From: Octopus vulgaris
Taxonomy: Eukaryota
Length of the DNA stretch: 64,000 nt
Reading direction: 5' to 3'
NCBI GenBank assembly: GCA_951406725.2
Contig: OX597828.1
Location: 38,254,001-38,318,000 of the forward strand
The position numbers and the translations under genes are program-made. Position 1 is the first letter of the stretch; every line of letters starts with the position of its first letter. This document shows positions 37,880 to 49,075 of this stretch, piece after piece. Below the pieces are notes generated by a model. That model worked only from the letters and a program-made list of their open reading frames with translations. It was not told where the DNA came from and did no database searches.

Positions 37880-38330
37880 AAGAAGAAATACTGGTGGAAT
37901 GTACCAGTGAAGACCTCAGTAAAAGGTAAGCACGACAGACCTGATATAATAATTTGGGATAGAGTAGAGAAACTGCGCACAGTTGTGGAAATTAGCTTCC
38001 CAGCTGAAGATCAGTGAAAAAGAGAACACCTTTGCTGAACCATTGAGAAATCTGCAGTTACTTTATCCAGATTACAAGTTCAGGTTTATACCTGTAATTA
38101 CTGGGGCTATGAGATATGTAACACACTGCCAAAATACCAATCTTTAGGAATTAAGCTTCTCAAAACGAGAAAAGAGAAAGCTAATTCGAAGACTACAGAT
38201 CCAATCCATCACTGGAACTGTAAAAACCTGTAAAGCGTTCAAGAAGTTTATCATTTAAATATATATGAGCATGTCTAGATATGCAGCTATATGCATGAGA
38301 ATAAATATAAAAAAACATACGAATCTGCAC
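37880..38330 (+). mobile_element. Second RLE-type (R4/NeSL-like) LINE 3' fragment ending in (CATA)n
   Basis: KYWWNVPVKT...DRPDIIIWDR...VVEISFP...RNLQLLYPDYKFRFIPVITGA. Confidence 0.75.
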
Positions 38331-38590
38331 ATACATACATACATACATACATACATACATAGAAACAAAAATACCCTGTAGTTGATGTTAAAATTCCTGT
38401 GAAGGAACCTTGGATCTGGGGTAGAAACCGGTTCTTTCTCTATTGGCATGAAATCTTGAAATATACTGTATAATAACATACATACATACATACACACACA
38501 CATACATACATACATACATACATACATACATACATACATACATACATACATACATACATACATACATACATACGTACGTACATACATATG

Positions 38591-39345
38591 CAAGGTGCAT
38601 TCCAGAAAGTTTTGAGGTTATTTTAAGAGACATTTATGAAACCCAGGATCCTCTGAATTTAATGCACTTACTCCATCCATTTTGTGAAGGGCCCATGGAA
38701 GTTTTTCAAAGTAAAGGTGTCCAGGATATTTGTCACAACTCCCTTCATCTTCTCATTATTCTTGGGGGACAAACAAAAGTGATAAGGGGCAAGGTCTGGA
38801 CAGTAGGAAGGGTGAGTGACAGTTTTGGTGCCCATCTTTCTCAAGTAGGACGGAACTGCCAACCGATTCACCGTTCTGGTTCAGATGCTCAGGTCTTTTT
38901 GCGACGAAATCTCTCCCTGAACACCTTCAAAGCCTCCACAAAGTATTTTGTAGACTGCCTGGCCAGAGGGAATCCAGTGGAGGTTGATGATACCTTTGAT
39001 CATCACAAGCCACCCAGTGGATTCACATTGCCTGACACTTGTACCTGTGAAAAACAGACGCTCGGCTCATACGTAAGCAGGCCGGAGCATTTCATAATAT
39101 TTTATAGTGTTTTTGTCCAGTTTAATACAAAACTTTATTGCATCGCTAGCTTCCAAATTTTCTTCACGTCCCGACTGTATTCAGCAAACTAATCAGCTGT
39201 GACAAGCAATGTGTCCTTCAATCTCGAATAACAAAAATTGGTAGGTCAGATTATTGGATGTATAATCCTGATAGACTAAACTTAAAATAATCTAGGACAG
39301 CTATAACTGGTTCTCCTGAAAAAGAAGTTCTCAAAACACCTCATA
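38591..39345 (-). mobile_element. Deleted mariner transposon
   Basis: YLRKMGTKTVTHPSYCPDLAPYHFCL (HPPYSPDLAPCDFWL). Degenerate TIRs at both ends. Confidence 0.75.
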
Positions 39346-40884
39346 TATACGAACATATTTATTCATATGTACATATACATGGTGGAGGCACATGGCCTAC
39401 TGGTCGAGGGATCGTGGGTTCGAATCCCAGACCGGCGATGTGTGTGTTTATGAGCGAAACACCTAAGCTCCACACGTAAACACACCAGCATCGGTTGTCA
39501 AGCGATGTTGGGGGGATAAACACAGACACACACACACACACACACACACATACACACACACACACACACATACACACATATAGTGGCACTTTGGGCAAGT
39601 GTCTTCTACTATAGCCTCGGGTCAACCAAAGCCTTGTGAGTGGATTTGGTCGACGGAAACTGAAAGAAGCCCGTCAGTGGGACTGAAACCGGAACCATGT
39701 GGTTGGTAAACAAGCTACTTACCACATAGTCACTCCTACGCCTATGTTTACTTCTACTTTTAATTATTTGATATGTTTTTGCAAGAAAGTAGCTGCTTTC
39801 GAACGATGACTCTGCACTGCATCGTCAGAAGGTAAACAACGAAAACTGTCATATTTTGAACTTAAGAAAAATCTTTCATGTTTTTAATGTTCTATTTAAG
39901 GATTGTATTTATAATGTATGCATTAATTTTTCTGAAAACCTAAGCTTTTACAAAATGTCATTAGGCATCTACTTTCATAACAACGAGCACCGATCATTAT
40001 TGGTATTAATGTGAATTTATAATTCGGGTTTAGAAAATGGAGGTTTAGAAGCAGTTATTCACAGTTTTCGCCTTTCTCTTTGATTTTCGAGAAGATATTC
40101 ACATGAGCAGAACAGCTGACCTCTATGATGATATATACCCAGCCTGTTATGCTTACATGTGATAGAAGCTTTGAAGAGAATGTTCCGCCAGTATTAAATG
40201 TGCTGTTGTTTAATATCAGTGGTGTCCTCATAGTTATTCTAGGACAGCCTTTTTCTTTCTTTTTTGGCTGGCATTATAAAGTCGTTTCTACTCTAGGTAC
40301 AAGGCTCGAAATTTTGGGGGGAGGGGGCCAGTCGATTATATCGACCCCAGTACGGAACTAGTACTTAATTTATCGACTCCGAAAGGATGAAAGGCAAAGT
40401 TGACCTCGGAGGAATTTCAACTCAAAACGTAGCGACAGACGAAATACCTATTTCTTTACTACCCACAAGGTGCCAAACACAGAGAGGACAAACAAGGACA
40501 GACAAACGGATTCAGTCGATTACATCGACCCCAGTGCGTAACTGGTACTTATTTAATCGACCTCGAAATGATGAAAGGCAAAGTCGACCTCGGCGGAATT
40601 TGAACTCAGAACGTAACGGCAGACGAAATATCGCTAAGCATTTCGCCCGGCGTGCTAACGTTTCTGCCAGCTCTGCCTTTGTATACTGTATATTGTTTTA
40701 GCGACAACGTCGTGTCACATAAGGAGGAAGTGCGTTGATAATCTTTTTGGGCAGCTACTGATCACATGCGTGATATCTTCCACAGAAATGTAACATAATA
40801 TATAGTTTCGGATTTTGCTACCTCATTTACTTAATCGGTACTTTATTTCAATCTCCTGTTCTTGGATAGAAAATGCATAACCTT

Positions 40885-41304
40885 TTAAGGCGGTGAGCTG
40901 GCAGAAACGTTAGCACGCCGGGCGAAATGCCTAGCGGTATTTTGTCTGCCGTTACGTTCTGAGTTCAAATTCGCCGAAGTCGACTTTGCCTTTCATCATT
41001 TCGGGGTCGATAAAATTAAGTACCAGTTACGCACTGGGATCGATATAATCGACTTAATCCGTTTGTCTGTCCTTGTTTGTCCTCTCTGTGTTTAGCCCCT
41101 TGTGGGTAGTAAAGAAATAGGTATTTTGTCTGCCGATACGTTCTGAGTCCAAATTCCGCCGAAGTCTACTTTGCCTTTCATCCTTTCGGGGTCGATAAAA
41201 TTAAGAACCATTTACGCACTGGGGTCGATCTAATCGACTTAATCCGTTTGTATGGTCTTTTTAATACCCTCTATGTTTAGCTCCTTGTGGCCAATAAAGA
41301 AATA
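40885..41304 (+). mobile_element. SINE family B dimer with TSD
   Basis: One head and two units. 17-bp TSD agaaaatgcata(a/g)cctt at 40868-40884 and 41305-41321. Confidence 0.9.
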
Positions 41305-41781
41305 AGAAAATGCATAGCCTTCGAAGTGTGATGCGCTGTAACGTTCAAGCGAAGTCCAAGCGAAGCTGCGCATCATGTCTATACTTCTGTCATCTTCAAG
41401 TCTTCGGACAACATAGCCATACATAGAATTTTTTTGTGTACGTTGAGTGTTTCACATCCCCATCTGTTTTGGGATTCCACGGTAGATCATCAGGAAGAGA
41501 GTTCTTCCTGAGGAGCTCACTGCTGACACGTAGGATGCTCTTATATTCTCTTTAAACACCAGGTCCATATATTTATTTCTGACGCTGTTGTTTAGTAGCT
41601 ACTGTCCGAGAGACACTATGCGATATTCGAAGGCTGTCTGCACTGATTTCAGTCTTCTACTGCCTTAATCTCTTCATAGATAAAGCCTATTGATATCACT
41701 GCTTCTTCAGATATTTCCAGATAATAACAGGATCTTGCAGGCTTTAGTGTCATGTTTATGGCGTGGACGTTGGACTTTCCT

Positions 41782-41815
41782 GTTTCCGACGAAGAGCAAT
41801 GTTCGAAATGTTAAC
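41782..41815 (+). ncRNA. Degenerate minimal hammerhead (H9), same family as H7/H8
   Basis: guuu CCGACGA a gagc aau guuc GAAA ug UU aac. Confidence 0.55.
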
Positions 41816-42094
41816 TACAACTCTCTCCCTTCACAGACCGAGCATCATAATAATATATTTCTTGTGCACGTTCGTTTCGCTTTTTCTTCTTTATTTTTAA
41901 TTGTTTGTTTATTTGAATTGACCATATATATATGGTGCAGGAGTGACTGTGTGGTAAGTAGCTTGCTTACCAACCATATGGTTCCGGGTTCAGTCCCACT
42001 GCGTGACACCTTAGGCAAGTGTCTTCTACTATAGCTTCGGGCCGACCAAAGCCTTGTGAGTGAATTTGGTAGACGGCAACTGAAAGAAACCCGT

Positions 42095-42177
<83 letters not shown>

Positions 42178-42413
42178 GTATGTATGTATATGTTTGTGTG
42201 TCTGTGTTTGTCCCCCCCAACATCGCTTGACAACCGATGCTGGTGTGTTTACGTCCCCGTCACTTTGCGGTTCGGCAAGAGAACCGATAGAATAAGTTCT
42301 ATGCTTACAAAGAATAAGTCCTGGGGTCGATTTTCTCGAGTATAGGTAGTGCTTCGGCATGGCAACAGTCAAATGAGTGAAACAAATAAAAGAATAAAAG
42401 TTATATATATATG

Positions 42414-42460
<47 letters not shown>

Positions 42461-42872
42461 GTATATGTATGTATGTGTATGTATGTATGTGTATATGTAT
42501 ATATATATATATGTGTATGTGTGTATATGTATATATGTATGTATGTATACGTGTATGTATGCATGTATGTATGTATGATTAGAAAGCTTGATAGATAGAT
42601 CGATAGATATAATGTCAGAGAACATGGTGACTGGTACCACCTTAAAATTTATTTCATTTTATTTTACGGTGTGTCCTATAGCATATTTTTATAATATATA
42701 TATATATATATATATGTATGTGGCTGTGTAGTAAGCAGCTTGCTTCCCAACCACATGGTTCCAGGTTCAGTCCCACTGCGTGGCACCTTGGGCAGGTGTC
42801 TTCTCCTGTAGCCTCGGGCCAACCAAAACCTTGTGAGTGGATTTAGTAGACGGAAACTGAAGGAAGCCTTTC

Positions 42873-42908
<36 letters not shown>

Positions 42909-43139
42909 GTTTGTGTATATATTTGTATGTGTCTGTGTTTGTCCCTCCACCATCATTTGAAAAACGATGTCGATGTATTTACGTCCCCGTAACTTAGCAG
43001 TTCCGCGAAAGAGACCGATAGAACAGGTTCCAAATTACGAAAAATAAGTTCAAGGGTCGATTTGTTCGACTAAAGGCGGTACTCCAGCATGGCGGCAGTC
43101 ACATGATTGAAACAATTAAAAGGATAAAATAATCTCTTT

Positions 43140-43220
<81 letters not shown>

Positions 43221-43330
43221 AAGCTGTTTCTTATATAGATATAGATATATATATATGTACATTGAAGGAGAGTGAGAGAGAAAGAGAAACGGTGTGAGAG
43301 AAGAGAACAGAGCAGTATTATATGTACGTA

Positions 43331-43366
<36 letters not shown>

Positions 43367-43641
43367 TGTTTGCGTGTTTGCGTGTTATGTAAACGGATCT
43401 GTGTCCATATGTATAAAAGTACGTGTATTATCTTAAAATATACGTGTTGTATACATAACCGAAATTTGTTTTCGGGCTACGCCTACATTGTTCTTTTATA
43501 CATCGCATCCGGAACGAAGTTTATCATATCCTTAAGCTAAAATACTTGAAATGTTTCCTAAGAGCGAATCCTTTTGCACACTAAGCTCCGATATAATTTC
43601 TGAATCTTGACAAATATGGGGCATCGAATTCTACGTACAAA

Positions 43642-43768
<127 letters not shown>

Positions 43769-43977
43769 GTCTATCTATCTATCTATCTATCTATTTATCT
43801 ATCTATCTAATCTACCTATCTATCTATCTATATATATATATATATATATATCTGTCTATCTGTCTATCTGTCTATTTATTTATCTATTTCACGCGCGCCA
43901 TTGTATAAATGCATTATTCCATTCTCTACACTATTCTGGGTTGTGTATTCTTTCTCTTGTATACGCAGTATAGTGTG

Positions 43978-44025
<48 letters not shown>

Positions 44026-44092
44026 TGCATGTGTGTATGTATGCATATCTAAATTTTCTAATATAGTTATATATATACATATACATATATAC

Positions 44093-44160
<68 letters not shown>

Positions 44161-44287
44161 GTATATATGTAAGTATATATGTATAATATATATGTGTATA
44201 TATATATATATGAACAACCGTATATGTATAAATATATATATACATATATATTATACATATATACTTACATATATACATATATAAATA

Positions 44288-44345
<58 letters not shown>

Positions 44346-44347
<2 letters not shown>

Positions 44348-44358
44348 CGTGTGCCATT

Positions 44359-44398
<40 letters not shown>

Positions 44399-44546
44399 CT
44401 TTTCCTATGTTTCTGACGAAGAGCTCCGCTCGAAACGTAAAACCCTCCTTCTTCCCTTCCTTCCTGAGCGTCCAATAACACTATATTTGTTCCACGTCCT
44501 CGCGTTGTTGTGTTTTCTCTTCGTGTTTTCATGTTTGGATTAACTA
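44346..44546 (+). mobile_element. ~200-bp non-coding hammerhead-bearing element in (TA)n; inverted sister copy at 46037-46230
   Basis: Both copies share acgtgtg..., ttcctatgttt[HHR], ctgagcgtccaata, tatttgttccacgtcctcgcgttgttgtgtttt and gtttggattaact, and both are flanked by microsatellite. Confidence 0.85.
44409..44443 (+). ncRNA. Minimal 35-nt hammerhead ribozyme (H7)
   Basis: guuu CUGACGA a gagc ucc gcuc GAAA cg UA aaac. Stem III is the loopless palindrome ACGU. Confidence 0.85.
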
Positions 44547-45479
44547 TACATACATACATACATACATACATACATACATACATACATACATACATACATA
44601 CATACATACATACATACATACATACATAGATTTATAAAGTCAGATGTATGCGTATGTACATGTGTGTGTGTGTAATGCAAATGTTCTCGCGTGTGTGTTT
44701 GCGTGAGTCTAAGCATATGTAAGTATATATGTATTTGCGTGCATATATACATATATATATGAACACATAAACGCTTCTAATCGTTCACTAGTCCAGTGAG
44801 GCTGCATTTAACCTAATCCGTATTCACTTCTAATTATGACACAATCAACATCCTTTAATTAATGGGTCCCTACAGAATACAACTAATCTTTATCAAATCT
44901 AAAGGTATTTTTCTCCAGTCCCCATTACCCAGAAATTCACCAAACTTACCTTTCCTTCTGTGTCACGTTTCTCTGTCATGTTTATAAATATAGAACACTT
45001 TCACCATACCTATTCCCTAAAATGGCTTCTCTTACGTCATCATTCTTTCAAACCCCGCACTTCTGATAACTAAGAGTACCTGTTAGTTATTCATTATATG
45101 CTCATTTTTACATCCGTTTCTTCATGATAATGTTTATGACGTTATCACAAATATATTCATTTATTTACTAATTTTCATTTCAAATCAGAACTATTGTCTG
45201 TTTATTAGGTAGGAGGATGTGATTTTTTTCGTAGACCAGCCTTTTCGATAATGAAGATCTGTTATAAATAGAAATGAGCAGTTGGATATCATCCGTCGCT
45301 TGATAAAGCGGGACCACAAATACGTTGCTTCCCGATACAGGCACAAGGCCAGCAGAACTATAAATATTGAAAATTTTACCCACACACACACACATATATA
45401 CACGCGCGCGCGCCCCAACATACATATAAACACACACACGCGCGCGCGCGCACACACACATACATACATACAGCTCTCC

Positions 45480-45845
45480 CTGTTCTAAACGAACTTACTT
45501 ATCCAGTCAAGCGGAAAATACACTCCCTAACTACGCGCTAAAAAGCTATTTAAAATATCCACATGACGTCTACTGACCAGCCTGAACAATAAGAATTTTC
45601 AACAAAACTATTTTCGAAAATTCTAAACATTCACGTGACCTCTTTATTATGGCCAATAAGAAATTTTAGGCGGGACACTAGCCAAATTTTAACTTCTCTG
45701 GAGCCTTTTTTCTTACCCCAACACCAACTTCCATTCAAACACTCACGTGACCCCTTCATAATGACCAATCAAAATTTTAGGCGCGAAACCAAGCAAATCC
45801 CAAACAACTCTGGAGCCTCTTTTTTTCACATATAAGAGACAGACT
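45480..45845 (-). mobile_element. Possible Helitron-type fragment with ~115-bp internal tandem subrepeats
   Basis: aaacattcacgtgacc...ctctggagcc occurs twice (45625, 45737). The minus strand starts tctcttatatgtgaaaa, like a Helitron 5' end. No clear 3' end. Confidence 0.4.
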
Positions 45846-46127
45846 CTAATCTCTCTTTTATATTTTGATAAGCATAACAAATGCGCAACCGGTAAAAAGA
45901 ACTTTCACCTAATTAAATTACTTAAATTACTTCAATTATTTGTCAGCATTTTCTTCATTTCCTTTTTTATATATCACCACTCGTGTTCGACATCTCCTTT
46001 TTTTTTTTAAATATATATATATATATATATATATAAAGTTAATCCAAACAAGAAGGCACAAAAAAACACAACAACGCGAGGACGTGGAACAAATATTGGA
46101 CGCTCAGAAAAGAAGGAAAGAAGGAGA

Positions 46128-46162
46128 GTTTAACGTTTCGAGCGGAGCTCTTCGTCGGAAAC
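46128..46162 (-). ncRNA. Minimal hammerhead (H8), U4C core variant
   Basis: Minus strand: guuu CCGACGA a gagc ucc gcuc GAAA cg UU aaac. Palindrome AACGUU. Confidence 0.72.
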
Positions 46163-46228
46163 ATAGGAGAAGGAAAGATCCAGAGAAGGGAAGACAGAGG
46201 GAAAAAAACGCCAACGGTACACACGTGG

Positions 46229-46298
<70 letters not shown>

Positions 46299-46301
<3 letters not shown>

Positions 46302-46637
46302 GGCGCATGGCTCAGTGGTTTGAGCGTCGAGCTTACGATCGTGAGGTTGTGAGCTCGAATCCCGGACCGGGCTGCGTGTTGTGTTCTTGAGCAAGGCACT
46401 TTATTTCACGTTGCTCCAGTTCACTCAGCTGTAGAAATGAGTTGCGACGTCACTGGTGCCAAGCTGTATCGACCTTTGTCTTTCCCTTGGATAACACTGG
46501 TGGCGTGGAGAGGAGAGGCTGGTATGCATGGGCGACTGCTGGTCTTCCATAAACAACCTTGCCCGGACTTGTGTCTAGGAGGGTAACTTTCTAGGTGCAA
46601 TCCCATGGTCATTCATGACCGAAGGGGGTCTTTACCC

Positions 46638-46642
<5 letters not shown>
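46299..46642 (+). mobile_element. SINE family D (tRNA head, Meta/V-like core) inserted in (TA)n
   Basis: A-box tggctcagtgg, B-box-like gctcgaatccc, core gttcttgagcaaggcactttatttcacgttgctccagttcactcagctg. Confidence 0.85.
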
Positions 46643-46679
<37 letters not shown>

Positions 46680-47530
46680 ACAAGCAAGGTATAAATAATG
46701 ATCAATACCTATTTTTCCTTTACTACAGTAAAAGTTGGCTTACAGCTGTTTCCAGTAATCATTTTGGGTACGTTACTGGCAGCTTTACTCAATCGATCTA
46801 TTGATCAGTTGAGAAAAATTGAACGTTCTGAGACATTAATGGTACTTTCGTCAGAGCCATTTTTAATTATAATAAAACAGAACACTGAGGGAATGGTAAA
46901 TGCATGGTGGAGGGAGGAAAAAAGAAGGAAAGAGGCATGTGGAATAAAAATGTTACTTTACATTTGTAGACAACGTTCCTGAGTTTACATTTAGAATTTA
47001 CCGGACAGAATTTATTTCTTGTCCAGTTGCACAAAGTAATTTGTCTATTTCTATTACTTATTACGTCGTTGACTTCTCTAGGGATCTGTTCTAAAACTTT
47101 TGTCTTGATTTCCATATTATTTCTAGTGCCCCTATTGACGTTAGTTTCAGTACTGTTCTTTCAAGTAGTCCGGCCTTCCTTTTCAATGCTTGTGAGGGAG
47201 ATTGTTAGGGTTGCTTCGCTTTGATTGTCAGTCCTATTGCTACCAATCATCTCCGGCTTAGTGCCTTCAATTATGGTATCATCTATGTTAATACTATTGT
47301 TATTTACTGTTACTCTGTTATTTGTATTCTGATTACTAAGATCTTCCAGGAAGGTGCGTAATTTACTTGTATTATGAGCGGCTATCATTTGTGCCAGGTT
47401 ACGGCTATTAGAAAATTCTAGTTTCCTTTCGCCGTATAGAACAATTTAGGGAGGCTGGAAATTATCTTCTTCCCAAATGGAATTATATACCACAATGTAG
47501 TTTTAGAATTATTGGTTGTATTCGTGTTTG
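46680..47530 (-). mobile_element. Penelope-like element C-terminal relic plus 3' pseudo-LTR ending at (TA)n
   Basis: NLAQMIAAHNTSKL and LCNWTRNKFCPVNSKCKLRNVVYKCKVT (CxC...CP...C...VVY linker and start of a GIY-YIG endonuclease). The rest of the endonuclease is missing. H10 lies downstream. Confidence 0.78.
46736..46859 (-). ncRNA. Type I hammerhead ribozyme with a ~85-nt stem II insert (H10)
   Basis: Minus strand: uggcu CUGACGA a agua...uacu g GAAA cagcug UA agcca. Stem I has 5 bp and stem III ACAGCUGU is palindromic. Confidence 0.85.
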
Positions 47531-47753
47531 CAGATTTTACTCTTTACTGTTTACTCTTTTAGTTGTTTTAGTCATTTGACTGATGCCATGCTGGGGCATC
47601 GTCTTTAGTCGAGTAAATCGACTCCAGGACTTATTCTTTGTAAGTCTAGTACTTATTCTATCGAACCACTAAGTTACGGGGACGTAAACACACCAGCATC
47701 GGTTGTCAAGCGATGTTGGGGGGACAAACACAGACACACAAATATATACATAC

Positions 47754-47824
<71 letters not shown>

Positions 47825-47995
47825 TACGATGTGCTTCTTTCAGTTTCCATCTACCTCTACTCACAAGGCTTTCGTCAGCCCGAGGATATAGTAGAAGAAA
47901 ACACTTGCCCATGGAGTTACGCAGTGGGACTGAACCCGGAACCATATGGTTCGTAAGCAAGATACTTACCACACAGAAACTCCTACGCCTACTAG

Positions 47996-48103
47996 AAAAA
48001 TATGGAACGCTTCAGGAATTTGCGTGTCATCCTTGCGGAGGGGCCGTGCTAATCTTCTCTATATCGTTCCAATTTTAGAATACGTACCGCTGTAGCCAAG
48101 AAG
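47996..48103 (-). pseudogene. U6: U6 snRNA pseudogene, approximately full length
   Basis: Minus strand ctaaaattggaacgatatagagaagattagcacggcccctccgcaaggatgacacgcaaattcctgaagcgttccatattttt. The ACAGAGA box reads ATAGAGA and there are several other substitutions. Confidence 0.93.
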
Positions 48104-48109
48104 ATAGTT

Positions 48110-48195
48110 TTCCGTCAGGCATTTGTCCGCCGGGCAGTTGTTCCTCGAGCGATTGACCGTTGGGCAATTACTCGTCGGGCACCTGACCTAGAACC
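48110..48195. repeat. Degenerate 15-bp minisatellite ending in tagaacc
   Basis: About five units resembling gtcgggcaattgtcc. May be the terminus of a DNA transposon. Confidence 0.6.
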
Positions 48196-48480
48196 TTTTT
48201 TTTTTCTATCTACCTTTTTTCTGCATGCAAAGTATTAGTCAACCCCATGTTACAGTAGGAAGTGCTTTCTTGTCCAAATTGCTACGCAGTAGGATTGACC
48301 TCGGTACCAAACCACCACTTAGTTGTAAAGCTAGCCCCGCAACCTCACAGTCATCCCTAAAATGGAATATAGACATAGCAGTGTGGTTAGAAGAGTCTCG
48401 TCTCTTCAGAATGTTCTTACAACCAGAAAATACCTAGGATTTTTAGTTAGTTTTTTTTCGAAAATAACTTCACAATATTC

Positions 48481-49075
48481 TTTTCTACTCTAGGCACAAG
48501 GTCTGAAATGTTTGGGGAGGGGGCCAGTCGATTAGATCGACCCCAATATGCAACTGGTTATATATAATTAATCAATACAAAAAGGATGAAAGACAAAGTC
48601 GACCTGGGCGGAATTTGAACTCAGTACGTAAGGACAAACGAAATACCTATTTCTTTACTACCCACAAGGGGCTAAAAACAGAGAGGACAAACAAGGACAG
48701 ACAAGCGGATTAAGTCGATTACATCGACCCCAGTGCGTAACTGGTACTTAATTTATCGACCCCGAAAGAATGAAAGGCAAAGTAGACCATGGCGAAATTT
48801 GAACTCAGAACGTAAAGACAGACGGAATACCTATTTCTTTACTACCCACAAGGGGCTAAATACAGAGAGGACAAACAGGACAGACAGACGGGGTTAAGTC
48901 GATTATATCGACCATAGTGCGTAACTGATACTTATTTAATTGACCCCGAAAGGATGAAAGGCAAATTCGACCTCGGCGGAATTTGAACTCAGAACGTAGT
49001 GGCAGACGAAATACAGTTAAGCATTTCATCCGGAACGTTATCGTTTCTGCCAGTTCGCCGCCTTAGAGAAGGAAC
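48481..49075 (-). mobile_element. SINE family B trimer with TSD and alternative 3' end
   Basis: Perfect 18-bp TSD aataacttcacaatattc at 48463-48480 and 49076-49093 encloses the head plus three units. Confidence 0.92.

Noticed and set aside
41325-41745. Very old RTE-like remnant on the minus strand (MYGYVVRR)
   Set aside because: Too degenerate to support as a feature.
47996-48103. Functional U6 gene
   Set aside because: Mutated ACAGAGA box, substitutions in the internal stem-loop and 5' stem, and no recognisable upstream TATA/PSE.
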